64,000 bases of DNA from NCBI GenBank assembly GCA_965238005.1, contig OZ250165.1, forward strand, positions 2,880,001-2,944,000. The letters are read 5' to 3'. This stretch comes from Longimicrobiales bacterium (GTDB lineage: Bacteria; Gemmatimonadota; Gemmatimonadetes; Longimicrobiales; Gaopeijiaceae). Of this stretch, positions 19,872-30,352 are shown piece by piece; the first letter of the stretch is position 1; each line of letters starts with the position of its first letter. Below the pieces are notes generated by a model that saw nothing but the letters and a program-made list of their open reading frames with translations, had not been told where the DNA came from and made no database searches. A program made the translations under genes and the position numbers.

Positions 19872-19886
19872 GATTCGCTTCTCCCT

Positions 19887-22283
19887 TTAGACGTGAAGGT
19901 CGAGGGGGCCGTACGCCGGCGGACGGCCCTCTATCTCGGCAAGGATGACATCCGCGGTCAGTGGCGTTCGACACAAGCATTTGCCGCCTAGTGCGTCGGC
20001 GATGGCCGACGTGAGGGCCGCAGAGCCCGCTCCTACGGGCGGCTCTCCGATCCCCTTGGCGCCGACCGGCGTCTGCGGATCGGGGATCTCCACAGCGGCC
20101 CACTCCATGTCGATGGGCACGTCGAGCATCCCTGGCGGCCGGGCCGTATAGAGGCGGTTCGCGAAAGACACGCCCCAGACCGGGTCGAAGACCCACTTTT
20201 GGCTTCTGGCGATGCCCATGCCCTGGATGGAACCGCCGAGGATCTGGCCTCCGAGGCTCCGGGGATGGAGCACGGTGCCGCAGTCGGCCACGGCGGTGTA
20301 CTTCACGATGTCCACCTGGCCGGTCTCGACGTCCAACTCCACCTCGGCGAAGCCCACGACCCAGGACTGGACTCCACCCTCGCGGGGGTAGTTGTCCTTG
20401 GCCACGGCCACCAGACCCTGGCCGGCCAGCCCCGCAGCGGCGGCCTTCGTCATGTCGTTGAGATCGTCGGCGACCTCCTCGCCGCTGTACCGCCCACCCA
20501 GCTCCATGGCGCGGGTTGCGGCCCTCGCGAAGCTCATTCCCGTGGACGGGCTCGAGCGACGGAAGACCCGGCCGTCGGCGGTATCGTAGTCTCCGGGTGA
20601 CCCGCCCAGATCACGGGCGGCGATCTCCTGGAGCAGGCGCTTGGCCGCCGTCCCCACAGCGTGGTTCGCCCTGGTATGGGCGAACGTGGTTTGGCTGCCG
20701 GCCTGCACGGAGCTCCACGGCACGTGGCGGCTCGTGTCGCCCCACACGACTTCGACGTCGTCCCAGGCGACGCCCAGCACGTCGGCGGCCGCCCGGGCCG
20801 TATCGGCGAGAGAGTGGGTCCCCAGGTTCCCGATTCCCTGGTGGATGTACACCTTGCCGTCGGCGCGAATGACCAACAGCCCGTCGAAGCCCGAGCTGCC
20901 GGCGGTATACGGGCTCACTCCGACCCCGATGCCCGTGACCTTGGAACCGTTTCGCTGCCCGCTCCTCGCCATCCTCTCGTCCCAGCCGAACAGCTCGGCG
21001 CCCTTGTCGATGGCTTCGCGGACGAAGACGCTCGTAAGGCCGGTCTGGCGCGCACCGAAGAGCACATCGCCACCGGGCGCGTTAACTCGCCTGAGCTGCA
21101 GGCGATCCATCCCGAGCTCACGGGCCGCCTTGTCCATGAGCGGCTCGAGCATCCCGATGATCTGAGCTCCTCCGGGGCCCCGCTGAGCCGCCTTGGGCGG
21201 CGTGTTGGTGTACACCGCGACCCCACGATGCCGCTGGTTGAGCGGCGTGTACGTCAGAGAGGCGGTCGATCCCGCGGACATGTTGTCGCCGGAGCGGCCG
21301 TACGGCCCGCCGTCCCCGAGAATGTACATGTCCAGCGCCGTGATCCGGCCATCGGCGCGGAAGCCGATCTTGACCTGCGCCTGGAAGCCCGGGCGGGCTC
21401 GGCCGATGTAGTTCTCTTCGTAGCGATTGATCCGCATCATTACGGGGCGGTTGATCTTACGCGACAAGAGCGCCGGGATCAGCATGTGGACGCTGCCCGA
21501 GATCTTGCTCCCGAAGCCGCCTCCGCAGAACTCGCCGACCAGTACCACGTCCTCGAGGTCCATGTCGAGCATACCGGCCACCGCCGCTCTCGTCCTCGCC
21601 ACGCTCTGCGTGGAGGTGTGCATGTAGAGCTTGCCGTTCTGCCAGTACGCCATGGTGGTGCGGGGCTCCATGGGGTGATGCGTCAGCGACTGGTGGACGA
21701 TGGTCTCGTCGATGATCAGGTCGGCCTCTGCAAAGCCCGCCTCCACGTCTCCGACGCTCCACTCGGCGCCAGGCTCACCCATGGGGAGAGTCCCCTCGGG
21801 GGCGTTGGCGAAGTCCTCCTCGGTCCACTTGATGGTGGCGATGTCCCGCCCGACCATCGTGTTGCCGTCGAGACGGGCGCTGGGTCCGTCCGGCCTGAGA
21901 CTGTCCAGCGGGTTCAACACGAACGGCAAGGGCTCGAAGTCGACCTTGATCGCCTCGACGGCGTCCGCGGCCGTCGTCTCGTCCACCGCCGCCAGGGCGA
22001 GGACCGGCTCCCCCTCGTAGTGCGGCTCCATGGTGAGACACGCCTCTCCGGGAGCGTCGACGGCCGGTATGTCGTCGGCCGTGAGGATGCCCACGACCCC
22101 ATCCATGGCGAGTGCCGCGCTGGCGTCGATGCGCCGGACGCGGCAATGGGGCATGGGGCTCACCAGGAGCTTGGCGAACAACATGCCGTCGACCCTGAAG
22201 TCCTCCGCATACTTGGCCCGACCCGTGATCTTCGCGTAGAGATCGGGAGGGGCGATGTCCTGTCCTACCAGTTTCTCGGCCAT
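19887..22283 (-). CDS. Xanthine dehydrogenase family molybdopterin-binding subunit
   Basis: KITGRAKYAED, HHPMEP, GGGFGSK, GAKGIGEPP (catalytic Glu). Confidence 0.93.
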   Translation of the reverse strand: MAEKLVGQDIAPPDLYAKITGRAKYAEDFRVDGMLFAKLLVSPMPHCRVRRIDASAALAMDGVVGILTADDIPAVDAPGEACLTMEPHYEGEPVLALAAVDETTAADAVEAIKVDFEPLPFVLNPLDSLRPDGPSARLDGNTMVGRDIATIKWTEEDFANAPEGTLPMGEPGAEWSVGDVEAGFAEADLIIDETIVHQSLTHHPMEPRTTMAYWQNGKLYMHTSTQSVARTRAAVAGMLDMDLEDVVLVGEFCGGGFGSKISGSVHMLIPALLSRKINRPVMMRINRYEENYIGRARPGFQAQVKIGFRADGRITALDMYILGDGGPYGRSGDNMSAGSTASLTYTPLNQRHRGVAVYTNTPPKAAQRGPGGAQIIGMLEPLMDKAARELGMDRLQLRRVNAPGGDVLFGARQTGLTSVFVREAIDKGAELFGWDERMARSGQRNGSKVTGIGVGVSPYTAGSSGFDGLLVIRADGKVYIHQGIGNLGTHSLADTARAAADVLGVAWDDVEVVWGDTSRHVPWSSVQAGSQTTFAHTRANHAVGTAAKRLLQEIAARDLGGSPGDYDTADGRVFRRSSPSTGMSFARAATRAMELGGRYSGEEVADDLNDMTKAAAAGLAGQGLVAVAKDNYPREGGVQSWVVGFAEVELDVETGQVDIVKYTAVADCGTVLHPRSLGGQILGGSIQGMGIARSQKWVFDPVWGVSFANRLYTARPPGMLDVPIDMEWAAVEIPDPQTPVGAKGIGEPPVGAGSAALTSAIADALGGKCLCRTPLTADVILAEIEGRPPAYGPLDLHV

Positions 22284-22292
22284 GATGCCCCC

Positions 22293-22928
22293 CTAAGCCC
22301 GCTGCCGGGCATACTCGGCAGCCCGCATGGCGGAAGTCAGGATCTTGTCGTAGTCGGCGCAGCGGCAGAGGTTGCCCGAGAGCGCGTGCGCCGCCTCTTC
22401 ACGTGTGGGGTTCGGATTGGCCTCGACCATGGCCACCATGCTCATGATGAAGCCGGGTGCGCAGAAGGCGCACTGGAAACCACCCTCGTCCAGAACTGCC
22501 TGCTGGACCGGGTGGAGCGTGCCGTCGGGGCTCTCCAGCCCCTCGATGGTCGTGATCTCCTGCCCGCGGACGGTGTGCGTCAGGACCGAGCATGAGTAGC
22601 TCGGCACGCCGTCGATCAGCACCGTGCAAGCTCCGCATTCGGCTCGATCGCACCCGAACTTGGTGCCCGTGAGCCCGAGCTTGTAGCGGAGGGTCAGGGC
22701 CAACGTCTCCTGCTTCAGCACGTCTACGCGACGCTGCTGACCGTTCACGTTGAGCGTCACCAGCCTCTCCACCGAACCCTGAACCGGCAGGGCACCCAAG
22801 AGCGGTCTCGACCCCCTGAACAAATAGCCCGCCGAAGAGGTCGTCGCCCCCGCGGCGATGACCCCCATGATGAACGTCCTTCTGGAGACCGTGCGCTCCG
22901 GAGTGCCGATGATCTCGACGTCGCTCAT
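22293..22928 (-). CDS. 2x[2Fe-2S] subunit with Tat signal (PaoA/YagT-like)
   Basis: SRRTFI twin-arginine motif; GCDRAECGACT, QCAFC, NLCRC. Confidence 0.92.
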   Translation of the reverse strand: MSDVEIIGTPERTVSRRTFIMGVIAAGATTSSAGYLFRGSRPLLGALPVQGSVERLVTLNVNGQQRRVDVLKQETLALTLRYKLGLTGTKFGCDRAECGACTVLIDGVPSYSCSVLTHTVRGQEITTIEGLESPDGTLHPVQQAVLDEGGFQCAFCAPGFIMSMVAMVEANPNPTREEAAHALSGNLCRCADYDKILTSAMRAAEYARQRA

Positions 22929-23039
22929 GGAGCCTACCCCCCTTACGTGAATACAAAGGAAGAAGAACTGGCGGCCCTCCGCCCGCCAAGGGAACAAGAT
23001 ACAGGGGAAGCCCGCTGCGGGCGAGGACAGATCGGGGTC

Positions 23040-24161
23040 TTACGCGACCTCACGTCTGAACCGCAGAGTCGCCAGGGTCAGGAGGGTGAGCCCCAGGAGC
23101 AGGAGCGCCACGAACTGCGGCCAAAGGACATCGATACCGATCCCCTTGAGGAAGATGGCCCGCACGATCTCGAGGTAGTGCCGGATCGGGTTCAAGATCG
23201 TGATGTCCTGGAAGATCTCGGGCATGCTGGACACGGGGAACATGAACCCGGACAGAAGCAGGGCGGGCATGAACACCAGGAACGTGCCCATGAAGGCCTC
23301 TTGCTGCGTCTTGGAGACCGTGGAGATGAGCAGACCCATCCCCAGGCCCGCCACCACATATAGGACGCTGGCCACAAACAGGAGGAGGAGGCTGCCCCGA
23401 AGAGGCACGCCGAACCAGAGGACCGCCACCGTCGTCACCAGGACCAGATCTCCCATCCCGATGATCCCGCAGGGCAGTGTCTTTCCGATGATGAGCTCGC
23501 CGGCCGTGAGTGGACTGACCTTGAGCTGTTCCAGCGTTCCGATCTCCCGCTCCCGCACCACGGCCAACGAGGTGAGGAGGAGGCAGACGAGCATGATGAG
23601 GGTCCCAACCACCGCGGGAACGTTGTAGTTGCGGCTGGCCAGCTCGGGGTTGTACCAGGCCCTTTCGCGCAGATCCACGGGAAGTCTGACCCCCGTCATC
23701 GCCCGCTCCACTGCGCGCCCCTCGATGATGCGGGTGATGTAGCCCTGGGCCACAGCAGCAGTGTTGGAATTGGTGCCGTCGAGGAGCACCTGAACTTGCG
23801 CGCCACCACCCCCCAGCCGCCCTTGGGCGTACCCCCGTGGGATCTCCACCCCGACGATCGCCTCCCCACGGTCCAGGGCCCTGACCAGGTCCCTGGGCGT
23901 TTGCGATCGACCCGTAACCTCGAAGTATCCGGAGGCCGTCAGGGCCGACACTAACTCCCGCGACTCACGCGTGTTGTCCTGATCCACCACAAAGGTCGGC
24001 GTGTCGGCGAGATCGGTGGAAACGGCGTATCCGAACGCCACGAGCTGGATGATAGGAGCCACGAAGATCACCCGTGCCATCCTTGGGTCTCGGAAGATCT
24101 GCAGGAACTCCTTGGCCAGAAGGCCGAACACCCGCTCGAGTCCACCGGTCACCCGGTTCAC
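23040..24161 (-). CDS. ABC-2 transporter permease (YbhR-like)
   Basis: GTG start overlapping upstream stop; KEFLQIFRD, REREIGTLEQL, LSGFMFP. Confidence 0.9.
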   Translation of the reverse strand: MNRVTGGLERVFGLLAKEFLQIFRDPRMARVIFVAPIIQLVAFGYAVSTDLADTPTFVVDQDNTRESRELVSALTASGYFEVTGRSQTPRDLVRALDRGEAIVGVEIPRGYAQGRLGGGGAQVQVLLDGTNSNTAAVAQGYITRIIEGRAVERAMTGVRLPVDLRERAWYNPELASRNYNVPAVVGTLIMLVCLLLTSLAVVREREIGTLEQLKVSPLTAGELIIGKTLPCGIIGMGDLVLVTTVAVLWFGVPLRGSLLLLFVASVLYVVAGLGMGLLISTVSKTQQEAFMGTFLVFMPALLLSGFMFPVSSMPEIFQDITILNPIRHYLEIVRAIFLKGIGIDVLWPQFVALLLLGLTLLTLATLRFRREVA

Positions 24162-25282
24162 TGGATCTCCTTCTTGAACGCCCGGGTCGCACCGAAGATG
24201 CCCAGGACCGCGAAGGCGATCATGAGCAGGCCCTCGGTGGCCAACACCTCGACGCCCACACCCTTCAGGAACAGTCCCCGGGTCACCACAAGGAAGTAGC
24301 GGGCGGGAATCAGGTAGGTGATCGCCTGCAGGGCCGGAGGCATGACCTCGATGGCGAACATAAATCCGGAAAGCAGAAATGCCGGGAGAAACGTGAGGAT
24401 CATCGCCATCTGGGTGGCCAGAAGCTGTGAGCGCGCCACCGCCGAGATGAACATCCCCATTCCCAGGGCTCCCAAGATGAACGCGAGCGAAAAGATCATC
24501 AGGAGGCCGGCGCTGCCCCGGAAGGGAACGTCGAAGAGAAACACACCGATGACGCTCACCAGGGCCACGTCGATGATCCCGATGGCCACGTAGGGAAGCA
24601 GCTTGCCCAGAACCACCTCGAGCCGATGGACCGGGGTGGACACGAGCTGCTCCATCGTACCCCGCTCCCACTCCCGGGCGATGGTGAGAGAGGTGAGCAT
24701 GGCGGCGATGATCATCATGATGACCGCCACGAGCCCCGGGACGATCATGTTCTTGCTCAGGAGCTCCTCGTTGTACCAGACCCGGGTCTGTGCGCGGATC
24801 ATCGGGGGGAGCTCGGCTCCCTGCAGCAGGACATCGGTGGAGAATGAACGGACGATGGCCTGGGCATATCCCAACGCGATGGTCGCCGTATTGGCGTCGC
24901 TGCCGTCGACGAGGATCTGGAGCTTGGCGGACCGCCCCCCGTCGAGATCCCGGGCGAAGTCACGCGGTAGCACGATGGCCACGAGGGCCTCGCCCCGGTC
25001 CAGTACCTCCTCCACCTGCCCGTGGCGCGTCAGCCGCCGCACCACCGTGAAGTAGCCCGACGCCTCGAAGGCATCGAGCAGCTCCCGGCTCCGACTGGAT
25101 CCGTCCAGGTCCAGTACGGCCGTACGAATGTCCTCGACGTCCCACGTTATGGCGTACCCGAAGATGACGACGAGGAGGGCCGGCAGGAGGAAGGCGAGCA
25201 AGAGGCTCCTGGGGTCGCGACGCAGGTGAAGAACCTCTTTCCGCGCCATGGCCATGAACCGCGTTCGGCTGAGCATGCTCAC
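24158..25282 (-). CDS. ABC-2 transporter permease (YbhS-like)
   Basis: KEVLHLRRD, AREWERGTMEQL. Confidence 0.92.
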   Translation of the reverse strand: MSMLSRTRFMAMARKEVLHLRRDPRSLLLAFLLPALLVVIFGYAITWDVEDIRTAVLDLDGSSRSRELLDAFEASGYFTVVRRLTRHGQVEEVLDRGEALVAIVLPRDFARDLDGGRSAKLQILVDGSDANTATIALGYAQAIVRSFSTDVLLQGAELPPMIRAQTRVWYNEELLSKNMIVPGLVAVIMMIIAAMLTSLTIAREWERGTMEQLVSTPVHRLEVVLGKLLPYVAIGIIDVALVSVIGVFLFDVPFRGSAGLLMIFSLAFILGALGMGMFISAVARSQLLATQMAMILTFLPAFLLSGFMFAIEVMPPALQAITYLIPARYFLVVTRGLFLKGVGVEVLATEGLLMIAFAVLGIFGATRAFKKEIQ

Positions 25283-26232
25283 CCGCTCCTCGCCCCACCC
25301 TCGTCCCGGATGCGCGCCACGAACACGTCCTCGAGAGACGGCTTGATATGCTTCACGGACGTCACAGCGATGTCCGCCCGGGCCAGATGGGACCGGATGC
25401 GTTTGTCGGCGCCATCTCCCGTGTCCGTGGTCACGTGGAGAGAGCGGCCGTACATGGCTGCATCCACGATCCCCGAGGCACCGTCCAACGCCTGTACGGC
25501 CCGGGGCGGATGCTCGGCCCAGACCTCGAAGAGGGGCAGTTCCATGCCGGCCCGGAGCCCCGCCGCCGTGTCCAGGGCGATGAGGCGTCCCCGATTCATC
25601 AGAGCGAGCCGGTGGCAGTACTCGGCCTCTTCCATGTAGTGGGTCGTGACGAAGACCGTAGTCCCGCCATCCGCCAGCCCATAGATCAGGTCCCAGAACG
25701 CTCTACGTGAAATCGGGTCCACCCCGGATGTGGGCTCGTCCAGGAAGAGGATCGGTGGCTCATGGAGGACGGAGCAACCCAGGGCGAGCCTCTGCTTCCA
25801 ACCCAGGGGCAGCTCCCCGGTCATGCGGTCCCGGTGCTCGCCGAGCCCCGCCATCTCCACGACCCAGTCCGCCCTCTCCCGCCGGCGGTTCCGGGGAACC
25901 CCGTAGAGCCGTGAGAAGAAGCGGATGTTCTCTTCGACGGTCAGATCGGCGTAGAGGGAGAACAGCTGGGACATGTAGCCGATGCGGAGCTTGATGGCGC
26001 CGCGCTCTGTCTCCACGTCCAGTCCCGCCACGCGGCCCTCCCCCGAGGTGGGAGGGATCAGCCCGGTGAGCATCTTGATGGTGGTGGTCTTGCCTGCCCC
26101 GTTGGGTCCCAGAAAGCCGAAGATCTCCCCCGAGCGCACCTGAAACGACACCCGGTCGACGGCGACGAAGTCACCGAAGTGACGGGTAAGATCGCGGGCG
26201 ATGACCGCGTGCTCCGGGTCAGTCGGTCTCAT
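25279..26232 (-). CDS. ABC transporter ATP-binding protein
   Basis: GPNGAGKT, LPLGWKQR, FLDEPTSGVD, TTHYMEEAE. Confidence 0.93.
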   Translation of the reverse strand: MRPTDPEHAVIARDLTRHFGDFVAVDRVSFQVRSGEIFGFLGPNGAGKTTTIKMLTGLIPPTSGEGRVAGLDVETERGAIKLRIGYMSQLFSLYADLTVEENIRFFSRLYGVPRNRRRERADWVVEMAGLGEHRDRMTGELPLGWKQRLALGCSVLHEPPILFLDEPTSGVDPISRRAFWDLIYGLADGGTTVFVTTHYMEEAEYCHRLALMNRGRLIALDTAAGLRAGMELPLFEVWAEHPPRAVQALDGASGIVDAAMYGRSLHVTTDTGDGADKRIRSHLARADIAVTSVKHIKPSLEDVFVARIRDEGGARSG

Positions 26233-27187
26233 GGCCTCCGTCTCGGCCGGCCCCGACCCGGTCCATGAACACGTCCTCCATCGACGGCTCGTCGATGGAC
26301 TCCACCACTACGTCCGAGAATCCCTGCGATTCGAGAGCGGCTCGGACCACGCCCGAGCCGGCCACTGCGTCCCCCACCACTACATGCAGCCGATCACCGA
26401 AGACGGATGCGCTGGTGACGAGCGGGGTCGCTCTCAGGACGTCCCGGGCCGCCCTCGACCGATCCCCGACACGGACGGAGAGCAGCCGACCAGCCAGCCC
26501 CTCTCGGAGAGCGTCGGGAGTATCCACGGAGAGGCTTGTGCCCGCCTGGAGGAAGGTCAGCCGGTCGAATCGCTCGGCCTCGTCCATGTAGGCCGTGCTC
26601 ACCACGACTGTCACACCCTCGTCCACCATCTCGTGGATGATCAGCCAGAGATCCCGACGGGATATGGGGTCCACGCCGAAGGTCGGCTCGTCCAGGAGCA
26701 GGAGGCTCGGGCGATGGATCAGGGCGCACGAGAGGCCGAGCTTCTGCTTCATCCCTCCGGAGAGCGCCTCCGCCCGGCGATCCATGAAGGGGGCGAGGCC
26801 CGAGAACTCGTAGAGTCGTGCGAGCCTCTCGGGCCGTTGGTCCCGGGGCACGCCGAAGAGGTCGGCGTAGAAGTCGAGGTTCTCGCTCACCGTGAGGTCG
26901 TGGTAGAGGCCGAAGCGCTGAGACATGTAGGCGATCCGTCCCTTGGCCGCTTCCGGATCGGCACGCATGTCCGTACCGAACACCCAGGCATGCCCACTCG
27001 AGGGAGGTAGGACGCCGGCGAGCATCCTCAGCGTCGTCGTCTTGCCGGCGCCGTCGGGGCCCACGAGGCCAAAGAGCTCGCCGGCGGCAACCTCGAGGGA
27101 CAGGCCATCCACGGCCACCAGCGGCCCGAACGCTCGGGTCAGGCCCTCGGTCCGAACCGCCCAGGTCACCCCCCCTCGGACACTCAC
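26219..27187 (-). CDS. ABC transporter ATP-binding protein
   Basis: GPDGAGKT, LSGGMKQK, LLDEPT. Confidence 0.93.
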   Translation of the reverse strand: MSVRGGVTWAVRTEGLTRAFGPLVAVDGLSLEVAAGELFGLVGPDGAGKTTTLRMLAGVLPPSSGHAWVFGTDMRADPEAAKGRIAYMSQRFGLYHDLTVSENLDFYADLFGVPRDQRPERLARLYEFSGLAPFMDRRAEALSGGMKQKLGLSCALIHRPSLLLLDEPTFGVDPISRRDLWLIIHEMVDEGVTVVVSTAYMDEAERFDRLTFLQAGTSLSVDTPDALREGLAGRLLSVRVGDRSRAARDVLRATPLVTSASVFGDRLHVVVGDAVAGSGVVRAALESQGFSDVVVESIDEPSMEDVFMDRVGAGRDGGHETD

Positions 27188-28194
27188 GGAACCGCACCGC
27201 CCTCGTCCAGGCGCACGTCCGCGGGCATGCCCGGCTTGAGCTCGAAGCCCGGGTCGCCCACCACCTGGACTCTCACTGCATAGACGAGCTTCACTCGCTC
27301 TTCGGGCGTCTGGACGTTCTTGGGCGTGAACTCGGCCTCCGAAGCGATGAAGGTCACGCGCCCGTCATAGGTGCGGTCGGGATAGCTGTCGGAGGTGATG
27401 GTGGCCCGCTGTCCCAGCGCGACCCTACCGATCCGGTCCTCCCGCACGTAGATCCGCACCCAGCGGTCGTCCGGGTTCATTAGCGTTAGGACGGGAGCGC
27501 CCGGCGGGGCCGTCTCACCCGGCTCCCGGTGCCTCACGGTCACCACGCCGTCGAACGGGGCCGTGATCGTCGCGAAGGACAGCACGGCGTCAACGACCTG
27601 GATCCCGGCCTCGGCCGCCGCCACCTGTGCGGCCTGGGCCTCGACTCTCTCCGGGCGGGGTCCGGCCTCCAGGAGTCGCAGCGCTTCACGACGCTCGTCG
27701 GCCTGGATCCGAGAGAGGCTCAGGGCGAACTCGCTCTTCTCCAGGGCCTCCTTGCTCACGGCCCCGCCGTCATGCAGAAGCCGGGCCCGCTCCAAATCGC
27801 GCTCGGCGTCGCCCACCTGCGTCTCGGCCGCCCGGAGGCCGGCACGCCCCTGGGCGATCTCCTCCTGCCGGAACCCACTCCGGAGCTCCGCCAATCCGGC
27901 TCGCGCCGCCGCGAGCTGAGCCACCAGCTGAGCACGGCGCGCGTTGATCTCGGAACGGTCGAGGCTCGCCAGCGCCTGGCCGGCCGTGACGCGGTCACCC
28001 TCCCGCGGGCCGATATCCTCGATCCGGCCTGCCGCCTGGAAGGCGAGCTGGCCCTCGGTGGCCTCCACCGTCCCGGAAGCCGTGAGCTCGTCCCCGACCT
28101 CGTCGTCCCGCAGGAATCCGAACCACAGGATGGCACCGGCGACTGCCAACACGACCACCGCCAGAACACGTCGAGGGGGTCGACGTCCGCTCAT
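27184..28194 (-). CDS. HlyD family periplasmic adaptor (YbhG-like)
   Basis: N-terminal anchor, coiled hairpin, AEFTPKNVQT, LKPGMPAD. Confidence 0.92.
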   Translation of the reverse strand: MSGRRPPRRVLAVVVLAVAGAILWFGFLRDDEVGDELTASGTVEATEGQLAFQAAGRIEDIGPREGDRVTAGQALASLDRSEINARRAQLVAQLAAARAGLAELRSGFRQEEIAQGRAGLRAAETQVGDAERDLERARLLHDGGAVSKEALEKSEFALSLSRIQADERREALRLLEAGPRPERVEAQAAQVAAAEAGIQVVDAVLSFATITAPFDGVVTVRHREPGETAPPGAPVLTLMNPDDRWVRIYVREDRIGRVALGQRATITSDSYPDRTYDGRVTFIASEAEFTPKNVQTPEERVKLVYAVRVQVVGDPGFELKPGMPADVRLDEGGAVP

Positions 28195-29612
28195 GATGCA
28201 CCTCCGAGATTCTCTTCGAGCCAGCCCTCGTCGAGCTCGCCCACCGCCTTGGCGAGTTGGATCCGCGCCAGCACCGCCCCGTGCTCCACTTCACTGAGCG
28301 TGGCTCGCAGGGAGAGAAGGGTAGCCTCGGCCTGTAGATAGTCCGCCTGCACGCCGGTGCCGGTGTCGAGACGCAGCCGCTCGATCCGAGCCACTTCCGC
28401 GGAGCGGTCAACGGCCGTGTGAAGACTCGCCGCACGGGCCTCGGCTTCTTCTAGCGTCGCCAGCGCCCGGTCGACGCTCGCCGCCGCTCCGAGCTCGGCG
28501 AGACGTAGGTTCTCGTGTGAGGCCTCGCGGAGGGCCTCGGCGCGGGAAACACCGTGCCACAGGCTGCCACCGGTGAAGACGGGCACCGAGATGGCGAGGC
28601 CCACGTTCCACTCGGCGGTGAAGTGTCCGTCGAGGCTACCCTGGTCCACATAGGCCGCCTGAAGGCCCACGCTGGGCCTGCGGGCGCCCCGGGCGACGCC
28701 CACCGCGGCCTCGGCGGATGTGAGATCGTCCCTGGCGCGCTGGACGCCTGGGTTGGCGGCCAGGGATGTCGAGAACAGCCGAGTCCGATCGACGACGCTT
28801 CCTGCCTGGAGGGTGACCTCCTGCAACGCACGCTCGCTGAGGGAGCCGTCGGACAGGCCCATGAGCCGACCCAGGTCGCCCTCGGCCACTCGGCGCATAG
28901 TGACCGTCCGGACCCGGTCCGCGCGGGCGTCAGCCAGGGCCGCCTCGGCCCGAAGGACCTCCACCCGCGGAGCCCGCCCGACGGCCAGAAGATCCTGGAC
29001 CCGCTCGAGCTCCGACTGCAGGGCGGCGATGCGCTGGTCGTGGGCGTCCAGCTGATCCCGAGCCAAGAGTATGGCGAGATAGCTTGCGGCGACCTGGCCG
29101 ATGAGCTCCTGCCGGGCCGATCGAAGATCCCACTGGGCGCCCCTCGCCTGCGACTCCGACGCCGAGATACGGGCTCCCCTCGCACCGCCGTCGTAGACCG
29201 TGTAGCCGACCATGGCTCCGGCCTGGAAGAGCGTCTCGTCAAAGGGAGGGACGAGGGAAGGCTCGAAGCCATGAATGGGCGTGACGACCATGGGCTCGTC
29301 GAACTGCGTGGCGGTAGCGCGCATGCTCAGAGACGGGAAGCGCTCTCCCACGCTCACTCTGTGGGCCTCCTCGGCAGCTCTCTGGCGAGCGACTCCGCCC
29401 AGCAGGAAGGGGTGGGTGTCCAACGTCATCGCCACAGCCCGGGAGAGAGTCAGCGTGGCGTCGGAGGATGTACGGTCCGCTGCCTGGGCGGCCACGCTCT
29501 GCGCCGGCCCAACTATCCACGACATGGCGACGCTTGCCACGCCTGCCAGAACGTTCCGGAGCCTCGGCGAGTCGGCGCCCACCGCCCGCCACAGCCAAGC
29601 ACTCGAATTCAT
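28191..29612 (-). CDS. TolC family outer membrane efflux protein
   Basis: Signal region, two OEP-like repeats, position in efflux operon. Confidence 0.88.
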   Translation of the reverse strand: MNSSAWLWRAVGADSPRLRNVLAGVASVAMSWIVGPAQSVAAQAADRTSSDATLTLSRAVAMTLDTHPFLLGGVARQRAAEEAHRVSVGERFPSLSMRATATQFDEPMVVTPIHGFEPSLVPPFDETLFQAGAMVGYTVYDGGARGARISASESQARGAQWDLRSARQELIGQVAASYLAILLARDQLDAHDQRIAALQSELERVQDLLAVGRAPRVEVLRAEAALADARADRVRTVTMRRVAEGDLGRLMGLSDGSLSERALQEVTLQAGSVVDRTRLFSTSLAANPGVQRARDDLTSAEAAVGVARGARRPSVGLQAAYVDQGSLDGHFTAEWNVGLAISVPVFTGGSLWHGVSRAEALREASHENLRLAELGAAASVDRALATLEEAEARAASLHTAVDRSAEVARIERLRLDTGTGVQADYLQAEATLLSLRATLSEVEHGAVLARIQLAKAVGELDEGWLEENLGGAS

Positions 29613-30223
29613 GATACCTCCTTGACGCTGAGCGCCCGTCCCACGAACTGCACTGCATGCTCCTCCGCCTGGCCCGCAGGCACACCGCCGGCGAAGCTGC
29701 CCGCCCGAGACAACAGCTGGCCCACCAAAGTCAGGTGGACGGGGAGGGCAATGATCCCGATAACCGTAGGGAGCATGTCCGACTCGAGGATGCTCCCGTC
29801 CTTCTGTCCCTCGCGAAGAAGGGTCGAGAGCGTTCCGATGACGTGCTGCATGGTCTCTTGGACCGGCTTGATAGGCTCGACTCCCGAGGTCACCTGCTGG
29901 AGCATGAAGTGAGGCATGTCCGGGTTCTCGCTCAGGTGGGCGAAGAAGGCCCGGACGACACCGTCGATCCTCTGAAGGGGCGTTCCCGGAACGGAGGCAG
30001 CCTCGGTGACTCGGCCTCTGAGGGGAGCGAGAGCGCTGTCCACCACGGCCTCGTACAGGCCTTCCTTACTTCCGAAGTGATACGTCACCGCCCCCAGGTT
30101 GGCGCGAGCCTCTCGTGTGATGGCCCGAACGGAGGCCCCCTCGTATCCCTGGCGCGAGAAGATCCGTCGTCCGGCCGTCCGCAGCCGGGTGGTCGTGTCG
30201 GTGTTCCGGGATGACTTGCCCAT
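29609..30223 (-). CDS. TetR/AcrR family regulator (CecR-like position)
   Basis: HTH GYEGASVRAI..AVTYHFGSKEGLY. Confidence 0.92.
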   Translation of the reverse strand: MGKSSRNTDTTTRLRTAGRRIFSRQGYEGASVRAITREARANLGAVTYHFGSKEGLYEAVVDSALAPLRGRVTEAASVPGTPLQRIDGVVRAFFAHLSENPDMPHFMLQQVTSGVEPIKPVQETMQHVIGTLSTLLREGQKDGSILESDMLPTVIGIIALPVHLTLVGQLLSRAGSFAGGVPAGQAEEHAVQFVGRALSVKEVS

Positions 30224-30241
30224 GTCGATCCTTAGACTAAT

Positions 30242-30352
30242 TCAAACGTTCGTATTAATATACGCAATGAGGAGTGTTTATCAAGGAAAATATCCCCAAA
30301 TGTCTCTCTTGATCGGATCAATGGTCAAACGGATGGTCAAACGATCGTATGA
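30242..30352. promoter_or_regulatory. Two putative TetR operators
   Basis: TCAAACGTTCGTATTA (30242-30257) and TCAAACGATCGTATGA (30337-30352), imperfect palindromes upstream of the TetR gene. Confidence 0.65.

Noticed and set aside
20661..22595. 644-aa plus-strand ORF
   Set aside because: Antisense to the molybdoenzyme genes; typical high-GC shadow ORF
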